Source: Sulfolobales archaeon HS-7
GTDB taxonomy: Archaea; Thermoproteota; Thermoprotei_A; Sulfolobales; Sulfolobaceae
NCBI GenBank assembly: GCA_019704295.1
Contig: AP024596.1
Span: 1,696,001-1,760,000 of the forward strand
DNA: 64,000 nt
Direction: 5' to 3'
Positions 61,110-64,000 of the stretch are shown here, in pieces. The notes beneath the pieces were generated by a model. It was not told the DNA's origin and did no database searches. It saw nothing but the letters and a program-made list of their open reading frames with translations. A program made the position numbers and the translations under genes. The stretch's first letter is position 1, and each line of letters opens with the position of its first letter.

Positions 61110-62747
61110 ATGTTTAGGAGGAATTTGAATTCAGAGGATGTAGTTAGAAGGTATTATACTAAGATCATAAAGCTGCCTAGTAGAAAAATAATGTCATTGA
61201 TTCTCCTAGGACTCTTTTTGATCTTCATAAGCATTTCAGCTGTTCTCGGAAGAACGTTCGATGTAATTATACTAGTTTCCGTATTACTAACTTTAACAGT
61301 ACTCTTCAGAAGTTCAAAACAGACTATACTCTTCACCTCCTCAATATCCGTCCTTATGGGTTCGGTCTTCGAATTAACTAAGTTTCCCTTTGTCTTTTCG
61401 GTACCATTTGCCACGCCTTTTCTATTTTTCTCTCAGATTCCGAAATCGAAGGAAGTAAAGGCGCTCCTGATATCTACCATACCGAGCTTAGTGGCTTCCT
61501 TTTTTGAACCCAAAGTAATCATATGGAGCTTAACTTACATATTAATTATTGACGTAATTATATTACTTTACTTTAGATTCCTCGACTATAAGAGTAAGAA
61601 AGTGATGGGTATGCCGGCTATGGAAAGTTTTCGACCATTTATCAGAAGTTGGCTTGAAGGCAGGGAAGTGTTCTTAGAAGAATTCCTCAAGGGAATATCT
61701 ACCATAGTAAACGTGCCAGTATTCATTTTGAATCTCAAGACGCAAAAGGGGGAATTCAATCTAATCCTTCCGAAAATTCACTATGGATTGTATGGCAAGG
61801 TTGGTAGTTCTAGATTCGTGTATTCCATGGAACACTATCTCCCCAATTCGCTTGTATTTCACGGTCCAGGTAGCCATGAGCTAGATCTAGTCTCCCATGA
61901 GGATTCTGATACACTTGCATCATATATAGCGGAACAGGCGAAAAGTGATAAGGAGTGGGAAACACTTAAGTTTTCTGAGATAAAGGTCGAGCAGGTAAAT
62001 AGATTCAGAATATATTCTTTATTTTTTGATAAGGTTAAGCTGGGATTCACAACAAGACCTGGAGTGGGAATTGATGATATGCCTGAGAACCTTTGGAATT
62101 ACATGAATGAGTATAATTGTGTACTTATCGATTGTCATAATGAGACGAAAGTCGACGAGTTTACTAAAAGGGAATTAAATGATTTGAAACTATTCATAAT
62201 GAAAAAGAGTAATTTCATCGGGAGACAACTAAAGTTAGGATATAGCGAGAGGATAGTAGATGGAAAAATTGACGGTTTATGTGACAATAGAGTAAGGGTT
62301 ATGGTATTCGACGATGACAAATACAAACTGGGAGTAGTTTACCTTTACGGTAACAACGCTGACGCGTCATTAGGAAGCGCAGTAAATAGAGCAGTGGGAG
62401 ACAGATTGGACTATGTTGTAGTTGTGACACCTGATGATCATTCATGTACTGGGATAAGTTATGGGAATCTTTATGAGCCCGTGTCTAACACTGCCACCTT
62501 AGTGACAGAAATTTCCGAGGGTATAAACCAGGCTATGAAGGACATGAGTGTTGTCCTCCACGTGAAGTTCAAAAAGATCGTCGCAAGGAAAATAAGAGTG
62601 TTAGGCAGGGTGATATCAACAATGGTTAATGGGCTTAGTGTTATGGGAAATATAGCAATTAAAACAGTGTGGTTTCCCTTTATTACTCCTTTATTAGCAC
62701 TAATATTAATATTATTTTTCCAGAGCTATATTAAATTCGTTATATAG
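61110..62747 (+). CDS. DUF2070-family membrane protein
   Basis: N-terminal TM helices; [28 protein letters not shown] and TPDDH motifs. Confidence 0.85.
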   Translation: MFRRNLNSEDVVRRYYTKIIKLPSRKIMSLILLGLFLIFISISAVLGRTFDVIILVSVLLTLTVLFRSSKQTILFTSSISVLMGSVFELTKFPFVFSVPFATPFLFFSQIPKSKEVKALLISTIPSLVASFFEPKVIIWSLTYILIIDVIILLYFRFLDYKSKKVMGMPAMESFRPFIRSWLEGREVFLEEFLKGISTIVNVPVFILNLKTQKGEFNLILPKIHYGLYGKVGSSRFVYSMEHYLPNSLVFHGPGSHELDLVSHEDSDTLASYIAEQAKSDKEWETLKFSEIKVEQVNRFRIYSLFFDKVKLGFTTRPGVGIDDMPENLWNYMNEYNCVLIDCHNETKVDEFTKRELNDLKLFIMKKSNFIGRQLKLGYSERIVDGKIDGLCDNRVRVMVFDDDKYKLGVVYLYGNNADASLGSAVNRAVGDRLDYVVVVTPDDHSCTGISYGNLYEPVSNTATLVTEISEGINQAMKDMSVVLHVKFKKIVARKIRVLGRVISTMVNGLSVMGNIAIKTVWFPFITPLLALILILFFQSYIKFVI

Positions 62748-64000
62748 AGAGGTAACACTAGCTTTCCAGGTTTCTAATAATTCTGGCTTTTTCGGATATG
62801 ATATATACAACTGTTTAGCCTTAGCCATGTATTCAGCTACTATTTTGAGTTTAACAAGAAGAGAAGGACGTCCTAGCCCCATAATGACCCTCATGGCCTT
62901 ATCTGCAGTGGAAAGGTGAAGATTTCCATAAGTACTCACCTCCAAGAGGTCGTCCTCTTTTATTAATCCTTTTGACATTCCGTAATTTATATCACTGTCA
63001 GATAGCTTCTGGAGGAATCTCCTAAAGAGATCTAGGCTGGCTTGTTTTGCACCGTACCTCTCAATATAGCATAGATTCATATCCCATAACCCCTCTGCTC
63101 CGAAATTTCCAGTTTCGAATGCATTCATTATAGCCCTTGACGCACAATACCCTGAGATCATTGCCGATCCCTTCCCCCCGCCATGCACCGGATTAACTGT
63201 AAACGCGGAATCCCCTATGGCTAGAATTCCATTCCATGCCATTGTTGAAATTGGTCTTCTAGTGGCTACTAATGCACCACCTTTTACTAGCACTTTATCT
63301 GGGAGTAAGTCCTCTGCGTAAGTCTTCAGATACTTCTCATAATAGTAATGTGGATTAGGATATCCCATACCGTCCTGAATTCCCAAACCTACATTCGCTT
63401 TGTTTTTACCCTTAGGAAAATACCACCAATAGCCACCAGGTGAGGCCTTTTGGGAGATAAAGATCTTAAGGTATTCGGGTTCACTAATTTCATCTCTACT
63501 TAATAGGACTTCCCTATACGCAACATCTGCATCCTTTCTCTCTAACTGTTCGGCTATGGGCATTTCTGAAGGGAGTTTAGTCCTGACGCTTCTCGCATTT
63601 CCTGAAGCATCAACAACGATCTTCGAATAAACTTCGTATTCCTTATTTTCTCTTCTATTGAATATTTTTATACCCTTGACAAAATTACCTTCTACTATAG
63701 GTCCTGAGGCGGTCGTTAAGTCCATTATTGTAACCCCTTTGTCAGAGGACTCTTTAAGTAATCTTTGGGTATATGCGGGAGCGTTTATTTCAAATCCCTC
63801 GCCCTTAACAATCCATTCTGTTTTCATATCAGGACTGTAGAGCTTAATTCCCTCAATTTTCTGTTCTAACTGCTCACCTTCAGGATAAGGTAATCCCAGT
63901 TCGTCAAAATGACCTTTGCTTACTGCATCCCCACACGGTTTATCGCCTATTCTGCTCCAAGGTTTGCTATCAATTAGTAGAATTTTTAGACCAGTCTTGG
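62712..64000 (-). CDS. Digeranylgeranylglycerophospholipid (geranylgeranyl) reductase, 5' end outside the window
   Basis: Frame stays open beyond 63827 ([18 protein letters not shown]); [10 protein letters not shown] and GDSA...NPVHGGG motifs. Confidence 0.93.
   Translation of the reverse strand, partial: KTGLKILLIDSKPWSRIGDKPCGDAVSKGHFDELGLPYPEGEQLEQKIEGIKLYSPDMKTEWIVKGEGFEINAPAYTQRLLKESSDKGVTIMDLTTASGPIVEGNFVKGIKIFNRRENKEYEVYSKIVVDASGNARSVRTKLPSEMPIAEQLERKDADVAYREVLLSRDEISEPEYLKIFISQKASPGGYWWYFPKGKNKANVGLGIQDGMGYPNPHYYYEKYLKTYAEDLLPDKVLVKGGALVATRRPISTMAWNGILAIGDSAFTVNPVHGGGKGSAMISGYCASRAIMNAFETGNFGAEGLWDMNLCYIERYGAKQASLDLFRRFLQKLSDSDINYGMSKGLIKEDDLLEVSTYGNLHLSTADKAMRVIMGLGRPSLLVKLKIVAEYMAKAKQLYISYPKKPELLETWKASVTSLYNEFNIALEK

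Overview
Core chromosomal segment of a thermoacidophilic crenarchaeon, almost certainly order Sulfolobales (crenarchaeal SSB, PriX, aCcr1, AapF/AapE/AapX, CutB/CutC, PDO). Most of the window is housekeeping: Mo-cofactor and aldehyde oxidoreductase genes, 3-HP/4-HB cycle mutase and epimerase, pterin, thiamine, methionine and lipid enzymes, tRNA-Leu(GAG) and initiator tRNA-Met. It has two separate type IV pilus (T4P) machines. One is an Aap-type locus (29963-35959) with no adjacent pilin. The other is a self-contained operon (6035-11767) of four prepilins, an ATPase and a TadC-like platform, next to a divergent membrane-anchored wHTH regulator and 11-bp-phased promoter repeats; this is the best candidate for an undescribed system. 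One of its pilins seems to start at CTG. Features missing from the ORF track: the aCcr1 gene with an AGTATTA box in its own promoter, a 38-aa membrane micro-protein, five box C/D sRNA candidates, and several non-coding IS200/IS605-derived miniature elements. One of these (about 300 bp) looks intact, is omegaRNA-like, and supplies a host stop codon. No CRISPR array, rRNA gene or intact transposase was seen. All family assignments come from motif recognition, not database searches.
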